A stretch of 56,659 nt of DNA, counting the filler, from Barthelona sp. PAP020 (Eukaryota): NCBI GenBank assembly GCA_040182905.1. It is 2 parts of 2 records of this genome, joined end to end, with 100 filler letters (N's around TTAATTAATTAA, not from the genome) between each part and the next. Parts side by side here need not be neighbours in the genome. Positions count along the whole stretch, not along the records: positions 1 to 28,356 come from JARQWU010000125.1; 1 more part is not named here. One strand, written 5' to 3'. Of the stretch, positions 10,772-20,886 are shown one piece after another. The notes beneath the pieces are model-generated. The model searched no databases. It saw only the letters and a list, made by a program, of their open reading frames with translations, and was not told the DNA's origin. The translations under genes were made by a program, and so were the position numbers. Positions within the stretch are counted from its first letter, which is position 1. The number at the start of each line of letters is the position of its first letter.

Positions 10772-11599
10772 TTATATCTTACCTTGCATTTCACGAATAA
10801 ACATTGACCCTTCATCAGTCGTCATCCACACATAATAGAAGTCCACCAATTTTCTAACAGTAAATTTTTCCAATAAATCTTTAAATTTTACAAAATCTGG
10901 TCCCAAAGTACGACAATAATGAACAAAAATTTTATGTTCATCATCTGTAAACCAATTTAATATGTCCATATTCGAGTTCTTCAGTATTGGTGGTCCATCA
11001 CTGAAATCAAACTTTTCAAAATATGACATTGCCAAATCAATTTCAAAATGAAATCTGCGAATTAAGTCTAAAGCCGAATCAGCATTGAATCTATCTGAAT
11101 AATCTGGTTCATATATTTCCTTTAAAATTTGCAAAAATTCATCGAATTTTTCCTTATGTTCGGCTAAATTAAGACAGTAGTGTGCTGTTTGTTTAACATG
11201 ATATTGATCAGGAATTTCAATCTGATATTGTGTACCAATTCTTGGAGGTTGATAAAAATTACCTTTACCTTCCAAAAATCCTGTGCCTTTTTCTTCCCAC
11301 ATATGTTCTTTCTCCGATTCATCAATATTTGTATTGGTTTCATCTCTTTCATTTTCAATCACAAAATCAGAGCCAGATTCACTGTCAAAAGAGACATCTG
11401 GGTCATATATCTCTTGATTCAAAAACTCCAATGTTTGTTTTTGATATTGTGAAAGATTTGAATCATCTGTATCGCCTAAAACAAAAGCTTGCCATATTGC
11501 TGTGCTTTTTTTTTCTGTTGATAATTGATCTTTAATATCATCTATATCATAATCAGAAACATCATCTTCATCGGTAAAATTTTCTTCGTTTGTTGACAT
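10772..11599 (-). CDS. ELM2-SANT domain protein (MIER/CoREST-like HDAC corepressor subunit)
   Basis: Acidic N-terminus; ELM2 start 'PPRIGTQYQIEIPD'; SANT 'WFTDDEHKIF..LGPDF..FTVRKLVDFYYVW'. Confidence 0.8.
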   Translation of the reverse strand: MSTNEENFTDEDDVSDYDIDDIKDQLSTEKKSTAIWQAFVLGDTDDSNLSQYQKQTLEFLNQEIYDPDVSFDSESGSDFVIENERDETNTNIDESEKEHMWEEKGTGFLEGKGNFYQPPRIGTQYQIEIPDQYHVKQTAHYCLNLAEHKEKFDEFLQILKEIYEPDYSDRFNADSALDLIRRFHFEIDLAMSYFEKFDFSDGPPILKNSNMDILNWFTDDEHKIFVHYCRTLGPDFVKFKDLLEKFTVRKLVDFYYVWMTTDEGSMFIREMQGKI

Positions 11600-11837
11600 T
11601 GAAAAATAATTGTTTTTTATCTTTCTTTTTTACTTTAGCATTTGTTTAAAATGTTTTGATGGATATTTTTTTCAAAAAGGAGTGTTTTAATTGAGGGAAA
11701 TTGATTAAAAAACAAAGATTTATTATTTGTCACTCATTTTTTTGAACAAATTTAAGTCACTTGTTTTATACTTGTGTTGAAATTAAGATTTTTGATCTTA
11801 TTATTTCTTTTTCGAGTTAAATATTAGATAAGCAATA

Positions 11838-12653
11838 ATGAAATTATCCAAAATACCTGTTCTTGGTTGTGCTGTTGCAGCAATTACAATTATCACTGTT
11901 TATCTTATTGCAAGAATTTTAGGCCATGTAAGTGGAATTCCTTACATCTCTGAAACTGGTGGGAAATATCCGCAATATGTTATTTTTGCTTTTGGTTTGA
12001 CCATTTCTGCCTTTTTACAAGCTTCTTCTGTTATTATTTTTTCACAAATCTTATCTTCTCATGTGTCTAAATTGAATCAGAAATTTTTAAAGTTGACTCA
12101 ACTGGGTGGTTTGATTATGTTTGTTGGTTTGTCAGGATTATCTTTTGTTGATACATATGATCATTTAACTTTGCACTCAACTCTAGCACAAATGTATTTT
12201 ATTACTGCGTTTATTGTTGCCATCATATTTACCATTACTATTCACAAACTTAAATCTCAAAACCTTGCAAATTTACATTTTTGTCAGCATTTTGACTCAC
12301 AATTGACTTTTAAAAAGCGTATTCTCACAACAACAATCATTTGTGCTATACCTTATTTGACTATCATGTTGTGGCCTTTCATTCCCAAAACTATTTACAC
12401 ACGTTGGATTGCTGCATTCTTTCAATATCTTACAATCTTATCTCTCATGGGGTATTTTGGTTCATTGTATTACGACTTGAAGGGATATGAATTAAATATT
12501 TCATTTAATGGTTCTGCTGTATTCTCCAAGTTCCCTTATTCAGCTTCAGCTGAAAATGAAGCCAGTTCATACGTTTCCAAATCAATTATGTATCCAATGC
12601 ATGAAATGCATGAAATGAACAATAAAGCAGAAGAATTGGCTGGTATTGTGTGA
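11838..12653 (+). CDS. DRAM/TMEM150/Frag1/Sfk1 family membrane protein
   Basis: About six TM segments; 'IPYISETGGKYPQYVIFAFGL' family motif; conserved His in 'LHSTLA'. Confidence 0.8.
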   Translation: MKLSKIPVLGCAVAAITIITVYLIARILGHVSGIPYISETGGKYPQYVIFAFGLTISAFLQASSVIIFSQILSSHVSKLNQKFLKLTQLGGLIMFVGLSGLSFVDTYDHLTLHSTLAQMYFITAFIVAIIFTITIHKLKSQNLANLHFCQHFDSQLTFKKRILTTTIICAIPYLTIMLWPFIPKTIYTRWIAAFFQYLTILSLMGYFGSLYYDLKGYELNISFNGSAVFSKFPYSASAENEASSYVSKSIMYPMHEMHEMNNKAEELAGIV

Positions 12654-12732
12654 TTAATTCAATATAAAAAAATAGAACATTTTTATTATCTCATTTCTTT
12701 TGCAAAAACCATGGTAAACATCATTCATTCAA

Positions 12733-13914
12733 TCAACTGTTGAGACCTGATACCTTGGGAGTATCAATACCATCTATTTTATCCAATTTCCTTCTTCTGT
12801 CATAACAATAATCGCGTTTGTTGACTTCATCAAAAGGTTGAAAGCATTTACTGCAATTTTTACATCCCGAGGCATATTCAATATCTTCCAACCAGATGCG
12901 AGGGAGGTCTGGTTGAAATACCAAAGGTCTAGAAAGACTGATGATGTCAGCATATCCTTCTTCAAGCAATTGTTCTGCAACAATTCCTGTTCTAATACCA
13001 CCAACAGTTAATACACATTGTCCATCACCTTTGACTTGCATCCACAATTGGGAAGCCTCTTTGTGGTATCCTTGAAGTTCAGGTTTCTTAACAAAGGCGC
13101 CAATTCTAGATGCTCCTTTCTTTAGTCCAGCAAAATTTGAGCTTGCTTCAAGACCATACAACCCAAGATCAAACAAATACTTTGCCACCTCAACAGAGCT
13201 TTCATAGGTTAGTCCATTTTCAATATTCTCCCAACAATTGACTTTAGCAAATATGGGGAAATTTGCACCGCACAACTCTCGAATACGCTCAACAATACGA
13301 GTAACAAATCGCATTCTATTTTCAAAACATCCACCATATGCATCTGTTCTCAAATTAGTAGCAGGGGAACAAAACATTGAAAGTAAAAATCCATGAGCAT
13401 GATGAAGTTGAATTCCATCAAAACCAGCCTCTTTACAACGCCTAGCAGCTTGACCAAAAGCTTCTACAAGTTCATCAATTTGTTCAACAGTTAAAACTAA
13501 TTCTTCTGGAACATTTCCTGTCTGACCCCAAGCTTCAAGACTGAATGCACTTGGAGCGACCTTTTGTTGACCAAAGAAACCACAATGAACCAATTGGCAA
13601 ATAATCTTAACATCAGAATCAATAGCTTTACATTTTTTGATCATTTCAGCATAGCCTTCAATATGCTCATCAGAATACATTGCAGATTGAGAATTGTGAA
13701 ATTCACTTCCAGGTGTAACAGCAGAAAATGAAGAAATAATTAAACCTACACCTCCTTTGGTTAAATCTACATAAACTTTTTCGAATTCTGGGCTGACACC
13801 TCCTTGTAATTTAGCACCAAAAGATTCAATACAAGAACCTTCATAAGTAGGACTCCTAGCAATTCTATTTTTAATAGTAAAATTATTTTTTAAAGTGATT
13901 GGATCAAACAACAT
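12733..13914 (-). CDS. NADH:flavin oxidoreductase / Old Yellow Enzyme family protein
   Basis: 'LFDPITL..IKNRIARSPT'; 'GGVGLII'; 'QLVHCG'; 'AGFDGIQLHHAHGFLLSMF.SP.TN.RTDAYGG..ENRMRF'; 'VGGIR'; 'SRPL..QPDLP'; C-terminal CxxCxxC..C. Confidence 0.92.
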   Translation of the reverse strand: MLFDPITLKNNFTIKNRIARSPTYEGSCIESFGAKLQGGVSPEFEKVYVDLTKGGVGLIISSFSAVTPGSEFHNSQSAMYSDEHIEGYAEMIKKCKAIDSDVKIICQLVHCGFFGQQKVAPSAFSLEAWGQTGNVPEELVLTVEQIDELVEAFGQAARRCKEAGFDGIQLHHAHGFLLSMFCSPATNLRTDAYGGCFENRMRFVTRIVERIRELCGANFPIFAKVNCWENIENGLTYESSVEVAKYLFDLGLYGLEASSNFAGLKKGASRIGAFVKKPELQGYHKEASQLWMQVKGDGQCVLTVGGIRTGIVAEQLLEEGYADIISLSRPLVFQPDLPRIWLEDIEYASGCKNCSKCFQPFDEVNKRDYCYDRRRKLDKIDGIDTPKVSGLNS

Positions 13915-14190
13915 TGAAAAAAAAATGAGATAAAAGAAAGCAACAAAGTGACAGACTTTTAAGATTCTTCTTCCTGTGAATTTTGACTTGATTTTGCTTT
14001 TGTAAAACCATCATTAATAATTGCTTTAGGTTTTGTTTCTTTGAAGGTTCTCTTAAACTTTGACAAAAAAGGAATTTTCTCTCTTTTATTTTTTGTCATT
14101 CAATTTTGCGTACAAATGAGTATTGCAGTTTCGAAACGTTACATTTTTAAAAATTTAAAGAATTTTTTACCTTTTTTGAAAAATTCAAAA

Positions 14191-15294
14191 ATGGAGATTG
14201 ATTTGTCTTCATTGAATAATGATAAAAATTACAAAGAAACAACAAAAGATGAATCGATACTTGATTTTACCAATAACATTGCCTTATTTGAAAGTGAAAG
14301 TAATAATCCATATTTTAATTTAGCTACTGAGAATTGGTTGTTACACGATGCTGATTTACCTGATCAAACATTATTTTTATGGAGAAATGAACCTGTTATT
14401 GTCATTGGAAAACATCAAAATCCTTGGAAAGAATGTAAAGTTGATAAATTATTGGAGGATGGTGTTCATTTGGCACGTAGAACATCTGGCGGTGGCACAG
14501 TATTTCACGATTTAGGAAACACAAATTTTACATTTTTGTCAAAAGCATCAAAATACGATAAAAACATCAACAATCAGATATTACTGGAGGCTATAAATGA
14601 AACCTTTGGTTTAAATGCTGTGTCTTCTGGAAGAAATGACCTTTTGGTAGATGAAAGGAAATTCAGTGGAAGTGCATTTAAAGAAACGAAAGACCGTTGT
14701 TTTCATCATGGAACTTTGTTGATTGATGTTGATATGCAAAAATTATCATCTTATTTGACACCTTCTATGGCAAAATTAAAGTCCAAGGGTACAAATAGCG
14801 TAAAATCAAGGGTTGTTAATTTGAAAGAGATAAATTCTGACATTAATCACGAAACTTTAATTAACGCTATCATGAACAAATTTTGTGACCAATATAATAA
14901 TGGAGAAGCTGTAAATGTTCAAAAACTTAGCAAAAAAACTTTGGAAAAGATCCCCGAACTAAAAAGAAGAGTTGATGAATTGAAGGACAACAAATGGATC
15001 TACGGGAAATCTCCAAGATTTGAATTTGACCTTGAAACTAGGCTTAGTTGGTGCACAATTCAACTGTTGTTTGATGTTAAAGATGGAATTATTTCTGATA
15101 TTGACATTAACACAGATGCATTAGATCCTTTATTGGTAGAGGAATTATACAGACTGTTAATAGGAATGGAATTTAATTGTGATTCCATTAAACGAGTTAC
15201 CATTTCTCCAAATCTCAATAAAAATCAGAAAAAATACATACAAGAAGCATTGGATTGGTTAATTGATACGTTACCTTCAATTTCTCAGGATTAG
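14191..15294 (+). CDS. lplA: Lipoate-protein ligase A (bacterial LplA type, with C-terminal domain)
   Basis: 'NPYFNLATE'; 'LFLWRNEPVIVIGKHQNPWKEC'; 'LARRTSGGGTVFHDLGNTNFTF'; 'GRNDL..RKFSGSA'; 'HHGTLL'; 'WIYGKSP'. Start moved from TTG 14041 to ATG 14191. Confidence 0.93.
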   Translation: MEIDLSSLNNDKNYKETTKDESILDFTNNIALFESESNNPYFNLATENWLLHDADLPDQTLFLWRNEPVIVIGKHQNPWKECKVDKLLEDGVHLARRTSGGGTVFHDLGNTNFTFLSKASKYDKNINNQILLEAINETFGLNAVSSGRNDLLVDERKFSGSAFKETKDRCFHHGTLLIDVDMQKLSSYLTPSMAKLKSKGTNSVKSRVVNLKEINSDINHETLINAIMNKFCDQYNNGEAVNVQKLSKKTLEKIPELKRRVDELKDNKWIYGKSPRFEFDLETRLSWCTIQLLFDVKDGIISDIDINTDALDPLLVEELYRLLIGMEFNCDSIKRVTISPNLNKNQKKYIQEALDWLIDTLPSISQD

Positions 15295-15564
15295 GGACAA
15301 ATAAACAGATAATTTTTATTTTTTAGCTTTTTTCTCCTTTAAAAAAAGAAATATTTGAAGAAGGAGTGTGGAAGATCTGAAAAATAAAAAAAAGGATATT
15401 TAAAATAACATAAAAAATTCGAAAATACACATAGAAATATTGTTAAAATGAAAGTTAACTCTATTTTTGAAAATTAAAAGTTGAAAATTGAATAAATGGT
15501 CTTCCAAGAAAAAAAAATCTTTGGATTTATTTTTTTTTTTTTTGGGTTGATAACATTGATTAAA

Positions 15565-17025
15565 ATGCAAAAGAGTCATTTTTATTTGATTTGTTTGTTT
15601 TTAATTCAAAATATTTTTGCTTCAACACTTTTCGAAGAGTATTTGAAATTGCATGGAAAATCATATTCTTCTAAAGAATTTATTTCTCGAAAAAATCTTT
15701 TTGAACAAAGATTTCAATCTGAAGATGATTTACTCAAACCTTTTTTAGATCGTACTTGGGAAGAATTGGCTGGTTCTAAGGATTATGAAGCGTTTATGGA
15801 TGCAAAAAAAGAATATGAGAATTATTTATTAAATGTTGAATCTTCTGCTTCCCTTTCAAGTACACCTTTCAAACCATTTCACAAATACGATCCTATTGAA
15901 TGCTTCAGAGGACATCATTATATCTATAATTCAACTGTTTGGAATAATTATGGAAATGGTGTTTTGCCAACTACTTACGATCTGAGAACTAAGTATGATT
16001 TCTTAGTTAGGGATCAAGGAAATTGTGGTTCTTGTTATAGTTTTGGAAATATTGCGGTTACTGAATATTTCCTTTGGAAAAAGACTGGTAAACGTCTTTA
16101 TTTGTCAACTCAGGACTATATGTGTACCAATGGAGTTAGTACCAATGGTTGTAACGGTGGTACTGCTTTCAAAGGTTGGGCTGCATCTACAATGGTTGAT
16201 TCTGAGTACAGATATTCATACAAGGCTATGTGTGATGATCCTTATGTTGCTAATTCATCTCCTGAATATTGTGCTGCAATTTCAAACACGAACTATACTG
16301 TTGGTGCCAAATGTTATGGATTCCTCTATGATGCTATTGGTGGAAGTCAAACAGAAGCAACAAATGAACAATTGATGAAACATTTATACTATAGAGGACC
16401 TTTTACCGTCACTATTGATGCTACTGATATCATGAAGTACAAATCTGGTGTCTTGACCAATTGCGCAGGAGACATTAGGCTTGCTAGAGCCAATCATATT
16501 GTGACTGTTGTTGGTTATTCAAATGAAGGCCCTCAACCATACTGGATCATTTTGAATTCATGGGGTAAAGCATGGGGAGAAAATGGTTTTGCAAAGATTG
16601 AGATGGTTTCAAACTCAGTTTATCATAAAAGTTGTGGTATTAGATTCCTTCCTTCTTCTCCCAGTTTTGATTCAAGCGAATGTGCTCAACAAAAGTTTTA
16701 CACTCAAAACATGTGTGATATGACGTTTAATAGCTCAATCACCAATGTAGATTCTTTATCTGAACCTTCTTGCATTAAATTTGTTGATCATATCAATAGT
16801 CCTTACACTAATTATTTGAACTTGTTGCTTACATCTTCTCTTATCGTTGCGATTATTATGTATGGTTCCTTTGCGATCATGATTTTGTTAGGCTGTGGTT
16901 TACTTTGTCGTAGATGTTGTTGTCCTCCAAAGGCAGTTTCTAGCAACAATAATAATTTCAACCATCAATTGTTGCAAAGTGCTCAAAATCTTCCTAATGA
17001 AAATACTCCTTTTCATAATGTATAA
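15565..17025 (+). CDS. Papain-family (C1A) cysteine protease with C-terminal transmembrane anchor
   Basis: Signal peptide from MQKSHFYLICLF; propeptide; catalytic QGNCGSCYSF, ANHIV and LNSWGKAWGENGF; TM followed by CRRCCCPP. Confidence 0.9.
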   Translation: MQKSHFYLICLFLIQNIFASTLFEEYLKLHGKSYSSKEFISRKNLFEQRFQSEDDLLKPFLDRTWEELAGSKDYEAFMDAKKEYENYLLNVESSASLSSTPFKPFHKYDPIECFRGHHYIYNSTVWNNYGNGVLPTTYDLRTKYDFLVRDQGNCGSCYSFGNIAVTEYFLWKKTGKRLYLSTQDYMCTNGVSTNGCNGGTAFKGWAASTMVDSEYRYSYKAMCDDPYVANSSPEYCAAISNTNYTVGAKCYGFLYDAIGGSQTEATNEQLMKHLYYRGPFTVTIDATDIMKYKSGVLTNCAGDIRLARANHIVTVVGYSNEGPQPYWIILNSWGKAWGENGFAKIEMVSNSVYHKSCGIRFLPSSPSFDSSECAQQKFYTQNMCDMTFNSSITNVDSLSEPSCIKFVDHINSPYTNYLNLLLTSSLIVAIIMYGSFAIMILLGCGLLCRRCCCPPKAVSSNNNNFNHQLLQSAQNLPNENTPFHNV

Positions 17026-17262
17026 ATAGTTTATATTTTGCTTATTAAAAGTATATTGATAGAAAAAAATCCAATTTGACCAGGCGCAAAATCATACATA
17101 TCCTGTTAATCTAGACAGTGAGCATTTGAACTAAAGTTTTTTAATCAATTTATGAATAATTTGAGCATTTTGAGTTTAAATGGAACTAAACAAAAGATTG
17201 TTGAATGAAAAGAAATGAAGTGTGAAGCTATTTTTCTTTTTTATCAATGAATTTTCTTTTAT

Positions 17263-18939
17263 ATGAATACCCATGATTCTGTGAGGGATTTAATTAAGGA
17301 TTCAATTATTGCATTAACAAAATGTAAACCTTTAGGAAGTTTAACAGAATTTCAACAAAGTTATGAAAAGTTTAATGAAGTTTTAAGATTAATATGCATT
17401 GAACATTTGAGTATTTTATTGTCTGATGAATTGATTTGTATTTTTCACAAGTTTAGAGGATGTTTTTTATTGGAAAAATTTATTGATTTTGTTTTAAAGA
17501 ATCGATTTCATGAATTTTCTGTATTTTTAAAAGATTTTTTTAAAATTTCATGTGATTTTATACCATTTACCTTTCAAAATAGTTTTACAAGAAAAGAAGA
17601 GTCGTTGAACAAGAGGTTTTCTAAGTTGCTTGAAAACTTTGCCAAATATATTGCTAAATTTGGTTCTTCATCTTTATTTGAGCCTAATTTGGAGTATATT
17701 CAACGGGAACCCTTTTTTCAAGAGTGTGCAAAGAAATTTTCGGTTGGAAAAATTCGGGGAAATATTGTAAGAACTTTGAATCTAGTACTGAGAACAAACA
17801 ATGATGTGATATTGCGGAATGAACAAATGAGGATCACATTTTCATTTCCCGAAAACGATCTTTCCAAAGATTTTTTGAATGGGCTGGAAAATGTCAACAA
17901 TGAGTCCAATGAAGGTTTCAATAAAGATGAAGCTCTCAATGATCTGCCCATTTTTTCGATGCTCACACAACCCAATTGTATTTTAGATGGCAGACACAAT
18001 GATCAAGAGGCCACATTTGACACATGTGTTCAGCAAGAGTCAACGACAAATTTCAACCCCATAGACCAAAGAAAAGTTGAGAAAGGAGAAGCCCATGATG
18101 ATAAATCAGTTGTAGATTTTAATGAGACAACCCCTTGTAGATTTGATAAGATTGCAGAATATGAGATTGAGCCTTGTTTTTCATCTGGGCAAATAATTCA
18201 ATCTCGGCAAACAGATACCCCTGTTTCTCATGATCATAGTAATGGAAAGAAAAATAACAATGTTAGTTTGAATGCAGTACAACCGTGGGACACACCGTTA
18301 CAAAATGGCGAAGTCAATTCTTTTGGCATTGCAATGGACACTCAAGAGGATTTCTATTTCGCTGCTAAAGAAACAGGTGGTATTTGTGAGTTTCCGGGTA
18401 GTGATGAAATGGTTTCAAGCCAGTATGAAGAAAGAATTTGCGAGAGTAAATCTAAAAAGGATTATACAAATGAAATAATTGTGCCAACATCACCACGAGA
18501 GTTGTTCAATCAACAAACAGACCTTTCAATCATGACTTGTTTTGAATTGGACCTTTCTGATTCAGACTTACAAACCCCCACAATTACCTTTGATTCCACA
18601 AAGAAAAATGATCCACATTCTAAGGTTAAACATTTTTCCAATGAAATTGCCTGTTCTGACAATTGGAGTGTTGATTTGGAACATTTTTTGCAACAATGTT
18701 CGAGTATTGTTAAAGAAGAGGTCAAACCACATATATATGTATCTCTTAATGAAGATAATTGTAATTTGTTGCGAGTTACTGAGTTAGATTCACTCAAGCA
18801 GAGTAGAATTAATTGTGTGAAGTTTTCACGAAGCGTTTTACAAAAAGCAATCGCAAATTCTCGAAGCAGAGTCTTTTCTTTATCTACCCTATACACAAAA
18901 ATGCATAAAAAAAAAAATGTAACTGAAATTGAAGAATAA
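17263..18939 (+). CDS. Hypothetical protein (helical N-terminal domain, long acidic disordered region)
   Basis: 558-aa ATG-started ORF; no motif recognised. Confidence 0.6.
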   Translation: MNTHDSVRDLIKDSIIALTKCKPLGSLTEFQQSYEKFNEVLRLICIEHLSILLSDELICIFHKFRGCFLLEKFIDFVLKNRFHEFSVFLKDFFKISCDFIPFTFQNSFTRKEESLNKRFSKLLENFAKYIAKFGSSSLFEPNLEYIQREPFFQECAKKFSVGKIRGNIVRTLNLVLRTNNDVILRNEQMRITFSFPENDLSKDFLNGLENVNNESNEGFNKDEALNDLPIFSMLTQPNCILDGRHNDQEATFDTCVQQESTTNFNPIDQRKVEKGEAHDDKSVVDFNETTPCRFDKIAEYEIEPCFSSGQIIQSRQTDTPVSHDHSNGKKNNNVSLNAVQPWDTPLQNGEVNSFGIAMDTQEDFYFAAKETGGICEFPGSDEMVSSQYEERICESKSKKDYTNEIIVPTSPRELFNQQTDLSIMTCFELDLSDSDLQTPTITFDSTKKNDPHSKVKHFSNEIACSDNWSVDLEHFLQQCSSIVKEEVKPHIYVSLNEDNCNLLRVTELDSLKQSRINCVKFSRSVLQKAIANSRSRVFSLSTLYTKMHKKKNVTEIEE

Positions 18940-19413
18940 AATGGTTAAATTAGTCAATGATAATCTTTCTTATCATTTTTTACTTTGTAACAATGAAGAT
19001 CAATAAAATGAGGATTGTGGTTTGGCTTTTGTGTACATTTTTCAGATTTGTTGATAAATCGGTAATCTTTCTCTTTTTTAAGGAAATTTTTTCCAAATGT
19101 CTCCCAATATATGACAAACGCGCGTTGATAACAATTATCAATGAGTTAAAAATGCCTTGATATGTTCCTTTGTTTCTTTTTATCCACATTAATGTCCTTT
19201 TTGATAATTAATGAAGAAATAAATCCTATAACAAAACCAAATAAATTCTATTTACATGGGTTGAGAGAAGAACAGCAGAAATGTATATTTCACTAGGTAA
19301 TGCTTTGATAAAGTTGCGTGAAAGATAGTTTTAAAGTTTATGGGAAAGAAATTGAGAGGATTAAAAATACTGTTCCTCTTAACTCTTTTACGAACAGAGC
19401 ACAATCTTTTTTG

Positions 19414-20622
19414 TCAATCATCATCTTCATCATTACTTTCATCTGTTTGTATATCCATAAATTGATGCATGTTACCACCATTATCTTTATTGAGGTCAAC
19501 CAAATCCCAACATGTGTCAACGATCATATAGAACTCATTTTTAGTCATGCAAATACCTGCAGCAACCAATTGTCGAACAACTCCATTGTCAATATGCTTA
19601 TTTAAAAGGCTTGCCAATACATGGCCATCATACCTAGATAATTCAACAAATACTTTTTCATTTGAAGGGTTATAAAAAGGAATAATCGGATATAACTTCA
19701 GAATTTTGGTGGTATTGGATGCAAATGCAAATTGCATTTTTGTAGGTGACACTACACAAAAAGAATCGGGTTTATCAGTAACACCACAACAAACCATTTG
19801 AATCGGCTGAAAGTTCTTCAAATTGAATAAGCGAACATAACCATTAATAGTGACAATACAGATGACATTGGGGCTAAGAAAATTAAGATACAATATTGCG
19901 CAGCCTGTATCAAATTCATGAAGAACAGATTCATTATCAATATCCCACAACTTAACTTTTCCAAATTCATCACCTACAGCAATGATTTTTGTGTTTGGAT
20001 GCAAATCAACATCAAAGATGTTTGAATCAAAGGTAAATGTTTGAACAACAGATAAACTGACGGTATCAATTAATTTAATGATTTTTGAACTAAATTTTAT
20101 CAACAAAAATCTTTCATTAGAGGAAAGCCTCACATTAAACCAATTAGAGAGAGGTTCAGATTCTAAAATAATGCTTTCATCGTGTATACATAACTTCTTT
20201 ATCATTAAACTAAAATCACTAATATATATATAATCGGAGCAATGTGAAAAAATAATTGAAAAAACATGGTAATCAGTGCAGAATTTACACAAAATGGAAA
20301 AATCAGGCAAATTATATATAATGATAGACTTGTCGTGAGCGCACGTTGCAAATTTTTGACCATCTGGAGAAAATGCAACATCGTAAAGTAAATCAGTATG
20401 GTCTTTCAAAGAAATATGTAATTTTCCAGTTTTAGCATTAACTACATGAACTTTTCTTAGATCACCAAGTACCACATATTTACCGTCTTGGGAATATCCC
20501 GAAAAAAACAAAAAATCAAAAGTAATTCCATTAATTTCCTTAATATTTCTTTCATCGATGTTCAAAGGAAGCAGATCAAGAATATTTTCCTCAAATGGCT
20601 CATTACATGACTCAATAGACAT
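19414..20622 (-). CDS. WD40 repeat protein with non-WD C-terminal tail
   Basis: 'LKDHTDLLYDVAFSPDGQKFATCAHDKSIIIYN'; 'VDLHPNTKIIAVGDEFGKVKLWD'. Likely ATG at 20622; the track start at 20784 is TTG. Confidence 0.8.
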   Translation of the reverse strand: MSIESCNEPFEENILDLLPLNIDERNIKEINGITFDFLFFSGYSQDGKYVVLGDLRKVHVVNAKTGKLHISLKDHTDLLYDVAFSPDGQKFATCAHDKSIIIYNLPDFSILCKFCTDYHVFSIIFSHCSDYIYISDFSLMIKKLCIHDESIILESEPLSNWFNVRLSSNERFLLIKFSSKIIKLIDTVSLSVVQTFTFDSNIFDVDLHPNTKIIAVGDEFGKVKLWDIDNESVLHEFDTGCAILYLNFLSPNVICIVTINGYVRLFNLKNFQPIQMVCCGVTDKPDSFCVVSPTKMQFAFASNTTKILKLYPIIPFYNPSNEKVFVELSRYDGHVLASLLNKHIDNGVVRQLVAAGICMTKNEFYMIVDTCWDLVDLNKDNGGNMHQFMDIQTDESNDEDDD

Positions 20623-20886
20623 GTTGTAAATATCAATATAAAAAAAGACTCCTTTCAAGAACTTGCAGACATTTGGTTGATTTCCTTTCTTCATCAATGC
20701 TGAAATTCTTCGACAATTTCTTTGATGTTTATAAATAAATTGCCGAAATTTTCGCAAAGAAATGACAATTGGCAAGTATAACAAAGTGTTTATTCAAACA
20801 ACTTTTAAAAACACTTCACCAAGCAGTAAAAAATAAATAAATAAATAAAATTCCGACATTTTTTACAAATGAACAACCTTCAAAGC

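Noticed and set aside
17263..17800. Possible TIN2/TRFH-like telomere protein N-terminus
   Set aside because: Only a vague helical pattern; not supportable without a profile search.
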